Assembly (NCBI GenBank): GCA_014905635.1
Contig: CM026547.1
Span: 3,224,001-3,288,000 of the forward strand
Direction of reading: 5' to 3'
Source: Scenedesmus sp. PABB004
Taxonomy: Eukaryota
DNA length: 64,000 nucleotides
The notes under the pieces were generated by a model. That model saw only the letters and a program-made list of their open reading frames with translations. It was not told the origin of the DNA and ran no database searches. Both the position numbers and the translations under genes were made by a program. Numbering within the stretch: the stretch's first letter is position 1; each line of letters starts with the position of its first letter. Positions 34,008 through 44,277 of this stretch are shown piece by piece.

Positions 34008-37000
34008 AGTCTGCTGCGAAGCTGGTGGACGGCTGGGACGAGGTGAACCGCCAGCAGGCGGCGCTCACAATGTTCCACCCGCGCCGCGCCGGCACCGACG
34101 CGATCAGCGCGGAGCTGCCGCTTGAGCCGGCGCTGGCGGCGCTGCGCGACGGCATCCAGGAGAACCTGGAGGCCATCGGCACCAACATGGAGGACCTGGA
34201 GGCCCAGCTGGAGCGCTGGCAGGCGGCGCAGCAGCACGGCAGGGCGGGCGCCGGGGCGCCGGGCGGCCTCAGCCCCGCCGGCGGCCTGGCGGGCCGCGGC
34301 GGCGCCAGGCCGTTCAAGGGGCTGGGCGCCAAGCCGGCCAGCCCTTGGGGCGCAGCCTCTGCTCGGGCCCCCCGCGTGCTCGGCGCCGCGGCGCCCGGCG
34401 GCAAGCCCGGCTCAGCGGCGGCGGGCGGCGCGGGGCACGCGCAGCTGGAGCTGCTGTACCAGGTCGTGGCGGCGCAGCAGGACACGGCCGCCAACCTGGC
34501 GGCACGCATCTCCGCGCTGGAGGGCCAGCTGGAGCTGCTGGGCGTGGTCAAGACGGACGCGGAGCACCAGGGCGGCAGAACGCTCGGCCGCTGGGGCGAG
34601 GGCCTCGCCAGCGACGACAGCGGCAGCGCCGACGGCTACGGCAGCGAGGCGGGCGGCGACGAGGACGCGTACGAGCGCGGCACGCCCTCCGGCGCCGACG
34701 CGGCGCCGCCCGCCTTTGCCGGGGCGGGCGCGACCGCCGGCGGCGCGGGCGCGGGCGCGTCCGCGCGGCGCGGCTCCTTTGCGACGCCCGTCGGCAGCCG
34801 TGGCACCGCCGCCTGGGGCGCCGGCCCGTGCGCGCTGCTGGCCGCCGGCAGCGTCAGCGGCAGCCTGCTGAGCGGCGGCTCGGCGCTGCGCACGCCCGGC
34901 AGCGCGCACCGCACGCCCGGCGGCGCGCCCGGCAGCGCGCTCAGCAGCGGCGGGCGGCTGCACTGGGTCGCGCCGGGCTCGTCCGCCGCCCGGAGCGGGC
35001 GCAGCGCGGCCACGCCCGGCTCGCCCGCGGTGGGCGGCACGCCGGGCTCCGCCGCCGGCCGCGACAGCCAGCCGCGCCTCGCGCGCGCCGGCAGCGGCAG
35101 CACCAGCAGCAGCGCCTGGCACAAGGTCGCGGCGGAGCTCAGCAGCGCCAGCCTCGGCAGCGCCAGCCGGTCGGCGGAGCCCGGCAGCCGGGGGCGGCGG
35201 CCGCGCGTGCGCACCACCGTCGCGACGCCGCTGCCCGCGAGCCCGCCGCGTTCCGCCGCCAGCGCCGGCGCCGCGGTCGCGCCGCCGCCGCGGCCGCCGT
35301 CGCCGCTGCAGATCTCGGCGGCCGCCGCCACCACGCCCCCGCGCGGCGGCGCCACGGCGCCCTCGGCCGCGTTCAGCTTCCCGGGGCAGCCCGCCGCCGG
35401 CGACTCGCCCGCGCCCGCCGGCGCCGCGCCGCCCCGGGGCGGCGCGGCGCTGCCGGGGCGGCTCAGCTTCTCGCCGGCGCCGCCCTCGCCGGCGCCGCCC
35501 TCGCCCGCCTTTGGGGAGGCGCAGCCGGCGGCTGAGCAGGCGCCGCGCGCGCAGTACCACGCCAACCCGCTGTACAACCAGTCGCCCGGCTCGGTGGCGC
35601 CCTCGCCCGTCGCGGCGGTGCCCTCGCCCGCGCTCAAGCTCGGCGGCGCGCTCGGGCGGGTGGCGCCCGCGCCGGCCGCGCCCGCGCCCGCCGCATCGGC
35701 GGGCGGCGCGCCGCGGCCGCCGGCGGCGCCCAAGGCCAAGTCGTCGCAGCCGCCGGAGCCGCCGATGTTTGCCCTGCAGCAGGCGGCCGCGCTGCAGCGG
35801 CAGGCGCTGCAGCGGCAGTCGTCCGTCGGCTCCACCGGCAGCAGCCCGCCGCCGGGCGCCGGCGCGCCTGCGGCAGCTGCCGCGCCGCCCAAGCCGGCAG
35901 TGCAGCAGGCGCCCGCGCCGGCGGCGCCCAAGCCCGCCGGCCCCACGCCCGCAGCGCTGGCAGCGGCCGCGGCCGCGGCCAACCGCGTGCTGGCCTCGCA
36001 GGAGCTGCAGTCGGCGGGCGAGCCGGTGGCGGCTGCCAAGCCCAAGGCATCAGCGTCGAGCCAGCCGCCGGAGCCGCCCGCGGCGCTGACGCGCGAGGCA
36101 GGTGCCGCGCTGCAGCGCCTCGCCGCGGCGGGCGGTGCAGCCGCGACGGCGGCCAAGCCCAAGGCCAGCAGCCAGCCGCCCGAGCCGCCGAGCATGCTGC
36201 TGGCGGCGGCCGCGCAGGCCGGCAGCACGCTGCTGAAGCAGGCCGCCGCCGCGAGCGCGAAGCCCGCGGCAGGCGCCCCCAGCGGGGCCGCCGGCGGCGG
36301 CAGCACGCCCGCGCCGCTCTTCGGCGCGGCCGCCTCTGGCAGCGGGGGAGCCGCCGCGCCCAGCCCGTTTGGCGGCTTCGGCGGCGGCGGCGCTTTTGGC
36401 GCTTCCAGCGCCGCGGCGCCAGCGTTCGGCGCTGCAAGCACCGCACCAGCGTTTGGCGCTGCAAGCACCGCGCCCGCGTTTGGCGCCGCCAGCACCGCGC
36501 CGGCGGCGTTTGGCGCCAGCAGCGCAGCGGCGTCGGCCGCCAGCGGCGGCACCAACGCCGCCGACGCGCTGAGCGCCATGCTGGGCGCCTCGGGCTCGGC
36601 CGGCGGCGCGTTTGGCGGCTTTGGTGCGCTGGGGCTCGGCGGCGAGGGGTCGCCCGCCAGCGGGGCCGCCAGCGGGGCCGCCAGTGGGGCGGCGTCGGCG
36701 CCAGCGTTCGGGGCGTTCGGCGCCGCCGCCGCCTCGTCCGGCGGCGCGTTCGGCGCGTTTGGCGCTGCAGCGGCCAGCAGCGCGGCGGTGTCCAGCGCTG
36801 CGGCGGCGCCGGCGTTTGGCGCGTTTGGTGCCGCCGCGAGCAGCAGCGGAGCCGCGTCCAGCGCTGCGGCGGCGCCGGCGTTTGGCGCGTTTGGTGCCAC
36901 CGCGAGCAGCAGCGGAGCCTCGTCCAGTGCCGCGTCGGCGCCGGCGTCTTTTGGCGCGTTCGGCGCCGCCGCGAGCAGCAGCGGAGCCTCGTCCAGTGCC

Positions 37001-37857
37001 GCGTCGGCGCCGGCGTTTGGCGCGTTCGGCGCCGCCGCGAGCAGCAGCGGAGCCTCGTCCAGTGCCGCGTCGGCGCCGGCGTTTGGCGCGTTCGGCGCCG
37101 CCGCGAGCAGCAGCGGAACCTCGTCCAGTGCCGCGTCGGCGCCGGCGTTTGGCGCGTTCGGCGCCGCCGCGAGCAGCAGCGGAACCTCGTCCAGTGCCGC
37201 GTCGGCGCCGGCGTCTTTTGGCGCGTTCGGCGCCGCCGCGAGCAGCAGCGGAGCCTCGTCCAGTGCCGCGTCGGCGCCGGCGTTTGGCGCGTTCGGCGCC
37301 GCCGCGAGCAGCAGCGGAGCCTCGTCCAGTGCCGCGTCGGCGCCGGCGTTTGGCGCGTTCGGCGCCGCCGCGAGCAGCAGCGGAACCTCGTCCAGTGCCG
37401 CGTCGGCGCCGGCGTCTTTTGGCGCGTTCGGCGCCGCCGCGAGCGGCGGCGCTGCCACAAACGCGTTCGCCTCGTTTGGCTTTGGCGGCAGCAGCAGCGC
37501 CGCAGCAAGCCCGGGCACGCCGTTTGGGGCGCTGCTCTCTGGCGGCGGCGGCGGCGGCGCGGCCGCAAGCGGGTCGGCGTTTGGCACGCCCGCAACGCCG
37601 GCCGCCAGCTCGCCATTTGGCGCGCCGGCCGCGGGCTCGGGTGGCGGCGTGTTTGGCGGCGCCAGCGCCGCCTCGCCCGCGCCGTTCGGCCAGGCGGCTG
37701 CGTTTGGGCAGCCGGCCGCGCCGGCGTCGCCATTTGGAGGCGGGAGCACGTTTGGCACGCCCGCGGCCAACGGCGGCGGCGGCGGCGTGTTCGGCACGCC
37801 TGCGGCGAGCCCCGGCGGGGCGTTTGGCAGCTTTGGCGGCGCCGCGTCTGGCTTCGG

Positions 37858-37901
<44 letters not shown>

Positions 37902-37994
37902 CACCGCAGCAGGCGGCAGGCGGCGGCGTCTTCGGCGCGGCGTTTGGCCAGCCCGCGGCGCCGGCCTCGCCCTTTGGCCAGGCGGCCGCGTTCG

Positions 37995-38029
<35 letters not shown>

Positions 38030-38413
38030 GCAGCGGCGGGCTTCGGCCAGCCAGCGGCATTCGGCGCCCCCGCCGCGCCGGCGGCGCCGTTTGGCCAGGC
38101 CGCTGCGTTCGGCGCGCCCACCGCGCCCGCTGCTCCGTTTGGCCAGGCCGCGGCATTTGGCGGCGCCAGCCCGCCCGCCGGCGGGGGCTTCGGCGCGTTT
38201 GGCCAGCAGCAGCAGCAGGCGTCGCCGGGCTCGGCGGGCGGCACCGGCTTTGCCGCGTTTGCCGGCGGCGGCGGCGGCACCGGCGGCTTCGGCGCGCTCG
38301 CGGCCGGCGGCGGCGGCGGCTTTGGCGGCGCGGCGGCGAGCGGCGGCGGCTTTGGCACGCCGCAGAGCGGCGGGTCGCAGGCGTCCAGCATGTGGGGCGG
38401 GCCGCGGCGGTGA
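30102..38413 (+). CDS. NUP214: Nucleoporin Nup214/Nup159-like (beta-propeller, coiled coil, FG repeats)
   Basis: WD-like N-terminus (LALSADQLLLAAV, FAWCPD, AAAWSPDGQHLAYS), a central coiled coil, and a large terminal exon rich in AFG/PFG/FGQ repeats ending SSMWGGPRR*. Confidence 0.75.
36770..37440 (+). repeat. Coding tandem repeat of 66/69 bp, about 10 copies (AAASSSGASSSAASAPAFGAFG)
   Basis: Near-identical units start at about 36836, 36902, 36971, 37037, 37103, 37169, 37238, 37304 and 37370. Confidence 0.92.
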
Positions 38414-38777
38414 GCGCGGGCGGGGCAGCAGCTGCGGCAAGCGGCGGCGGTTTGCGCGCGCGCGGCAACCACCGCGTGACCCGCCGCGACGCCCCACCGC
38501 CGGCACACGCTGACCCGCTCGTGAAATCCAGCTCCGCGCGGCCTGCGCGCCCCTCGCGGCGCCCCCGCGGCCCCTCCCGCGCGCTGCCCTACTGCGCCCT
38601 CTCGCGAGCCCCTCACGCGCCCGGCAGCTGCCACCGACTCGTCGCGCGCTCATAGGAAGTTTTCTGGCGCGGCCGCCAGGCGCCGCGCGGGCTGGTGGCG
38701 ACATGCAGCGGGGGCGCGCCGCGGGCGGCCCTCGCGGCGCTAGCAGCGCTCGCCGAGCTGCGGCGGGCGGACGACGC

Positions 38778-40841
38778 ATGATGCGTGGCCCCGCACGCCT
38801 GCACGCCGCGGCGCTGCTCCTGGCGGCGCTCGCGGCGGCGGCGTGCGGGCGCGCAGCGGCGGCGACGCGCCGCGCGCCGTCCCCGCCCCGGCCGCACACC
38901 TGGGCGAGCTTTGGGATCCACGCCTACGCCTTCCAGGGCTCCTGGGGCAACGTGAGCTTCGCCGCCAGCGTGTGGGTGCGCCCGGTGTGCCACAACGACA
39001 CGCACCACGAGGCGCGCCTGCTCGTGAGCCTCCACGGCGCGCCGTACGTCAAGGTCTCGCCCGAGGGCGTCCACTCCGTGACGCCCGCGGCGCTGCTGGC
39101 CGGCGGCGCGGGGCTGCCGCTGCCCTGGTTTGCGCCCGCCGACGGCGAGGGCCCCGCGGTCAACGCGAGCGTGGTCGCCGACGTGACGAGCCTCGCCGCG
39201 GGCGAGGAGGACACGACGCAGCTGATGCTCGGGGCGGCGCTGCCGGCGGGCGCGCCGCTCACGCTGCGGCTGGACGGCAGCGAGCGCGTGCACTTCCTGC
39301 CCCGCGGCTGCAGCCCGCGCGCGCACGAGCTCTTTGCGCCCGGCTCGGTGTGGCTGGGCCTCGTGGACGCGACGAGCGTCGCGCCGTCGCCGCGCTCCAG
39401 CCTCACGCCGGAGCGCGCGGCCGCGCTGCGCGGCAGCCACCCGCCGCCGCCCGCGCCGGCGGGCGGCGGCACCAGCCTGTCGGTGCCGCTGGAGGGCCTG
39501 GCCGCGGTGCTGCAGCTGCTGCAGGCCAGCGGCGTCACGCCCACCATCAGCGGCACCAGCCTCTCCCTTGGCGCGGGGGGCGAGCCGGCGCCCGCAGCCG
39601 CGGCCGCCGCTGCGCCCGCCGTCGCCCAGCGCAAGCTGCTCAGCCGCGCGGCGGCGTTTGGCGGCGCGGCGGGCGGCGCAGCTGGCGAGAGCACCGCTGG
39701 TGATGGCGGCGGCGGCGGCGACGGCGGCAGCAGCAGCAGCAGCAGCAGCAGCGACGGCGGCGGCGAGCCGCCGGCGGCGGCGGCGGCGGCGTCGACCTAC
39801 ACGCCGCTCGTGCCCGGCAGCATCAGCCCGCCGCCCGCCGCCGGCGGCGGTGGTGGCAGCGGCGCTGGCGAGCGCGGCGGCAACGCGAGCGCGCCCGGCC
39901 TGCAGGGCTGGGCGGCGCGGGCGGCGGCGCTGCGCTTCCTGGTGGGCCAGCACCTCGCGCACCACCGCGCGCTGGGCTTTGCCGGCAGCGTCATGGTGGT
40001 CAGCCGCCACACCGCCGACGCGCTGCTGGACAGCCGCGCGCTGCGGCGCGCGGTCACGGCGCGGCGGCTGGTGCTGGTGCTGTGGGAGGAGGGCCTCGAG
40101 CCGCGGGCGAGCCACTTCATGCAGGTCCCCGCGAACAACCTGCTGCGCCTCGCGGCGTGGGGCAGCGAGGCCCGGCTGGGGTTCTGGGACCTCGACGAGT
40201 GGCTCGTGCTGCCGGGGCACCGCCCGATCGGCGACGAGCTCGTCGGCGGCTGCCTCGCGGGCGCGGTCGGCGGCGACGGCGGCGCGCCCGAGGCGATCCT
40301 GCCGACGATGTGGGCCGCCGCGCCGGCGTGGAACGCGACGCCCGAGCTGTCCGGCTGGATGGGCGCGGGGTCGTGGCGCGCCGCGGTGTCGCGCATGGAC
40401 TACGCGATGTGGCCGTACACCTTTTGCGACGGCGCGTGCAAGGCGCTGGTCGACCCCAACGCCGACCTGCTCTTCCAGGTGCACCAGCACGCGCGCCCGC
40501 CGCCGCGGCCCGGCATCGTGCCCGTGAGCTGGCGCTGCGCCTACCTGCTGCACTTTTACCGCCTCTGGGGCCAGCGCCTGCCCGCGCTCATGGAGGGCAT
40601 GGGCTACGAGGGCGGCCCCGACGCCACGCCCGGCATCCCCGTGCTGCGCGAGGACCTGCTGCCCCCGCCCGCGCGCGCGCGCCTCGCCGCCGCGGCGCGG
40701 CTCTGGGGCGAGATGCTCGGCGCCAACCCGGGCCTCGCGTATGACGCCGGCGACGCCTACGGCGGCGGCAGCGACAGCGCGAGCGAGGAGTCGATGGCGC
40801 GCGTGCGCGGCTGGCTCGCCGCCAACGGCTTCCAGCAGTGA
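38778..40841 (+). CDS. Intronless secreted protein with C-terminal GT-A fold (GT92/DUF23-like) glycosyltransferase
   Basis: Signal peptide MMRGPARLHAAALLLAALAAAACGRA; HLAHHRALGF; DxD-type motif GFWDLDEWL; CKALVDP...VHQH; C.YLLHFY. Single uninterrupted ORF. Confidence 0.6.
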   Translation: MMRGPARLHAAALLLAALAAAACGRAAAATRRAPSPPRPHTWASFGIHAYAFQGSWGNVSFAASVWVRPVCHNDTHHEARLLVSLHGAPYVKVSPEGVHSVTPAALLAGGAGLPLPWFAPADGEGPAVNASVVADVTSLAAGEEDTTQLMLGAALPAGAPLTLRLDGSERVHFLPRGCSPRAHELFAPGSVWLGLVDATSVAPSPRSSLTPERAAALRGSHPPPPAPAGGGTSLSVPLEGLAAVLQLLQASGVTPTISGTSLSLGAGGEPAPAAAAAAAPAVAQRKLLSRAAAFGGAAGGAAGESTAGDGGGGGDGGSSSSSSSSDGGGEPPAAAAAASTYTPLVPGSISPPPAAGGGGGSGAGERGGNASAPGLQGWAARAAALRFLVGQHLAHHRALGFAGSVMVVSRHTADALLDSRALRRAVTARRLVLVLWEEGLEPRASHFMQVPANNLLRLAAWGSEARLGFWDLDEWLVLPGHRPIGDELVGGCLAGAVGGDGGAPEAILPTMWAAAPAWNATPELSGWMGAGSWRAAVSRMDYAMWPYTFCDGACKALVDPNADLLFQVHQHARPPPRPGIVPVSWRCAYLLHFYRLWGQRLPALMEGMGYEGGPDATPGIPVLREDLLPPPARARLAAAARLWGEMLGANPGLAYDAGDAYGGGSDSASEESMARVRGWLAANGFQQ

Positions 40842-41270
40842 CGCGGCGGGCGGGCGGGGGGCCGCCCGCGGCGGGCGGGGGGCCGCCCGCCCGCCTGGGC
40901 GGCAGCACAGAGACGACCCTCGGTCGTCGAGGGAACCGGGGTGCGCCGACTGCATCGAGGGAAACGCTGTGGCGGGAGGGCGCGGGGGCATTTCGGCGCG
41001 TCACTGAGCACCAGAATTGACGTGCCGCTGCGCTGCGCGCACGGGGAGGCCACGGGCGCGAGGCAACGACTCCAGCCTCGCCAGTTACAACAGTTTGATC
41101 CGCTCCGGCCGCATGCGCAGCCTTGGACAGTCTCGCGGCCGCCCCACCCACGCCGTGCCAGGTTGCCAAGCTCTGTGCCAGCTGCGCGCCAGCGACAGCC
41201 CTCGCTCACACACACACACACACGCACACACACACATGCCCCGCGCGCGCCCGGCGCCCACCAAAACACT

Positions 41271-41275
41271 TTACA
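41271..41275 (-). promoter_or_regulatory. TGTAA polyadenylation signal of the CCP gene
   Basis: TTACA on the + strand about 230 nt beyond the CCP stop; a second copy is at 41085-41089. Confidence 0.55.
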
Positions 41276-41501
41276 GCGCACCACCCATGCGCTCTCGCGC
41301 GGCCCGCCGGGACACGCCGGGATACGCCACGCCGGGCCTGAGCTGCGCGCACAATGACAATACAGGGGATGTTGGGAGGAGAGGCCGCGGCGGCGGCCGG
41401 CGACGCACCCCGTCTGCGCCCGCCCTGCGCACTGCTTGAGCGGGGGGTGCGGGGCGCGGCCGCGTGCGGCCGCGTGGCCGCTGCCGTCAGCCTCGGCGCG
41501 C

Positions 41502-42961
41502 TCAGGCGGCGGCGGTCTCGTTGCCGGAGAGCTGCGCGACAAAGGCGTCCACGCTGTCCTCGGTGTCGGCGATGAGCTGGCGCGTGCCCTCGACGGCGAG
41601 GAAGATGGCGGCGTTGACCGGGATCGCGCGGTACAGCGCGGCCGTCACGCCGCGCCACAGCCCGGCCTGGCCCTCGACCGCGAGCGAGCGCTTGAGGCAG
41701 TCCAGGGTGCCCTTGAACTCGGGCTTGGACAGCGAGTCGGCCTGGATCTTGGACTTGATGGTGTCGATGGGGAACATGGAGCCCCACAGGCCAAAGCCCG
41801 CCATCACGCCCGCAAACATGACCTGCAGGCGGGGGTGTGGGGCCGGCGGGGAGGCGTCGGGGGGCTGGCGCGCGCGCCGGCAGCCGGCAGCCGCGGGCGG
41901 GGCGGCGGCGCTGCGCGCGCGCGCGCGCCCAGCAGCGGCGCACCTGGCTGTAGTCCAGGTCCGCCTTGGTCTTGCCGGGGCCGGCCAGGTAGTGGATGGT
42001 CGCCTCGTAGCCAAAGAAGAACTGGCGGGGGCGCGGCGGGGGCGCAGCGGGGACGTCGGCGCGCGGCGCGGCGCGGCGCGGCCGGGAGGGCGCCCGCCGA
42101 GCGGCGGCGCGCCGCCCGCGCGCCCGCCGCGCGTGCGCCGCCGCGCCCCCCGCGCGGCGCGCACCCAGGCGTAGCCCTGCATGTCGCGCAGGAGGGTGGG
42201 GAGGTAGCCCGAGTACATGCCGCGCAGGCCGTGGTTGCGGAAGATCTTCTTCGCGCAGTCCCAGTTGCCCTTGTAGTTCTCCTCGGGGTTGAGCCCGCCC
42301 GCGGCGGCGCCCTTCATCTGCGCGAGGATGTTGTTCTTGCGCACCATCTGCATCTTGGTGCGGATGAGCTCGGTCGGGCTGGACACCACGGAGCCCGCCG
42401 CGCCGGCGGCGGCGCCGGAGGCGAGGATCTTCCAGGGCGTGAAGGTGCCGGGCGCGTCGCTGGCCTCCAGGAAGGCGCGGGTCTTGGTGAAGGTGGGGAA
42501 GTGGATGCCCAGCAGCACCATGTTGCCCAGCAGCGGCGCGACGGTGCCCTTGTAGAGGGACAGCGGGCCCTCGGCCTTGAACTGCGCGCGCGCGCGCGGG
42601 CGGCGGGCGGGGTCTCAGCGCGGCCGCGCGCGCGCGCGGGCGGGCGAGGGCGGCGCGCGCGCAGGAGAGGGGGGAGCGCGCGCGGCGGCGGCGCGCAAGG
42701 CGCGCGCGCGCGGCGCACCATCTTGCGCACGCAGTCCATGCCGCTGTTGTAGACCATCTCCGGGGGCATGCCGGCGGCACCGATGGTGCCCTTGCCCAGC
42801 ACCTGGAGGCGCGTCTTGATGGTGTCGAAGGGCTGGCCGACCATGATGCGCGCGACGCCGCCAGACACGCCCGGCAGGATGTCCAGCACGCGCTTGTGCA
42901 CCGGCGGCGTGTGCTCCACCTCCATCAGGGTCTCGTTCATGACCTGGCCCGTGGCAGGCAT
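41502..42961 (-). CDS. CCP1: Low-CO2-inducible mitochondrial-carrier-family protein CCP1/CCP2 (LIP-36) ortholog
   Basis: The N-terminus NETLMEVEHTPPVHKRVLDILPGVSGGVAR matches Chlamydomonas CCP1/2 as recalled. It has three carrier signatures: PFDTIKTRLQ, PTELIRTKMQ and PIDTIKSKIQ. Confidence 0.9.
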
Positions 42962-44277
42962 GGTGGCTGGCGGAGGCGGGGGGACGGCGCCTGCGCGCGT
43001 GCCGAGCAGCGGCGGCCGGGGCGGCGGCGCTCAGCGGGCGCCGCGCGAGCTCGCGCCGGCTCCGCGACTGGGACGGGAGAGGCCACCGCGCGTCCCGGGG
43101 GGAGCGGCGTCCCGCGGGGCGCCCGCTGCGCGGCGGCCGGGCAGGCCTCCAACGGCGATTCCAGCGCCACAGCGAGCGCCGCGCACGGGCCCCCGCAGGG
43201 CCCGGCGCGGCGCCGTGGCGCATGAAACACCCGCCCCGGCGCCGCTGGGCTGCGCGGCGGCCCGCTGCGAGCGCTGTGTGCCCGGCTGCGGGCGCCGAGG
43301 ACGGCGAATCCCGCAAATCCCCCCTGCCGCCGCTGGCTGGCCTGGGATCGCGCGCCGCCGGCCCGGCGCCGCGTCCGCAGCCCGATGGTGGCGCACCTGG
43401 GGCGAGGGGCGCGCTTAGCGCGGAGGGCGGGGGAGTGCGGTTGCGCGCGCGCTGGCGGCGGCAAGCAGCAGCGGAGAGACTCGGGTGGAGGCGAGCGAGT
43501 GGCGCGGGCGGGCGGCGGCGCCGTGTATGTGAGCGCGCGCCGGGTGTCATTTGCCGAGCAGCGCTCCTAAGTCCGCCGTGTGAGCAGCATGGCGGCAGCG
43601 GCTCGCCGAGGGCGCTGCGAAAGCCGCGCGCGGGACCTGGCCGCGCCGGCGGCGGCTGCAGGGCCGGCGCCGGCGGCGGCGCCGGCAGCCGCAGCGGCGT
43701 CGGCACGGCGGCGGCGCGCCGCGCGCGATCGGCCGTGGCGGGCGGCAGCCGTACTAGCTGACTCGACCAGGTCGAGCTGCTGCCAGCTCCGCCAGGGCTG
43801 CTGCTGCACGCGCTCCTGGCAGCGCCGCCGCGTTGGTGCTGCGCGCGCGACCGGGACCGCCGAGGCTGGCCAGCGCTGCCTGGGGAGGCGCTGCGCGCAG
43901 CCCTGCGCGCCGCGTCCGCCCGCGCTGCCCCGCGTGCCGACGACCGCGGCGGGCGCGACGGGGCGCGCGGCCCGAGGAGAGTGAGGCGGACCGCGTCAGG
44001 TGTGCGGCATGCGCCGGGCCGCGCCGCGCACTCGCGGGCGCGCCGCCCCCCGGCCCGCCTCCCAGCAGCGGGCTGCGTGAGAGGGTTGCCTCGGCGCCGC
44101 GTCACGCCTTCTCGTCACGTGGGGCGTGTGTTAGGGGGGAGGCTCCCGCGGGTTTTGGCGAAGCCTACCCTCCAACCCGCCCGCGCGTGCTCGCTCTTAG
44201 CTGCCCGTACGCCCGCAGGACGCCACTTGTCCTGTCCGCCGTCCTGCCCCCCCTCCGCACCCGCCCCCATCGCCACC
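42962..44277. promoter_or_regulatory. Putative bidirectional promoter/5' UTR region between CCP and LCID-like genes
   Basis: About 1.3 kb between divergent ATGs at 42961 (-) and 44278 (+), with no credible ORF. Confidence 0.55.

Noticed and set aside
36770..37440. Regularly spaced repeats resembling a CRISPR array
   Set aside because: There are no unique spacers, the units are multiples of 3 encoding FG-nucleoporin repeats, no cas genes are present, and the context is eukaryotic.
43313..43319. GANTTNC (CAH1 EEC-like low-CO2 enhancer) match on the minus strand
   Set aside because: A single degenerate 7-mer is not significant without conservation data.
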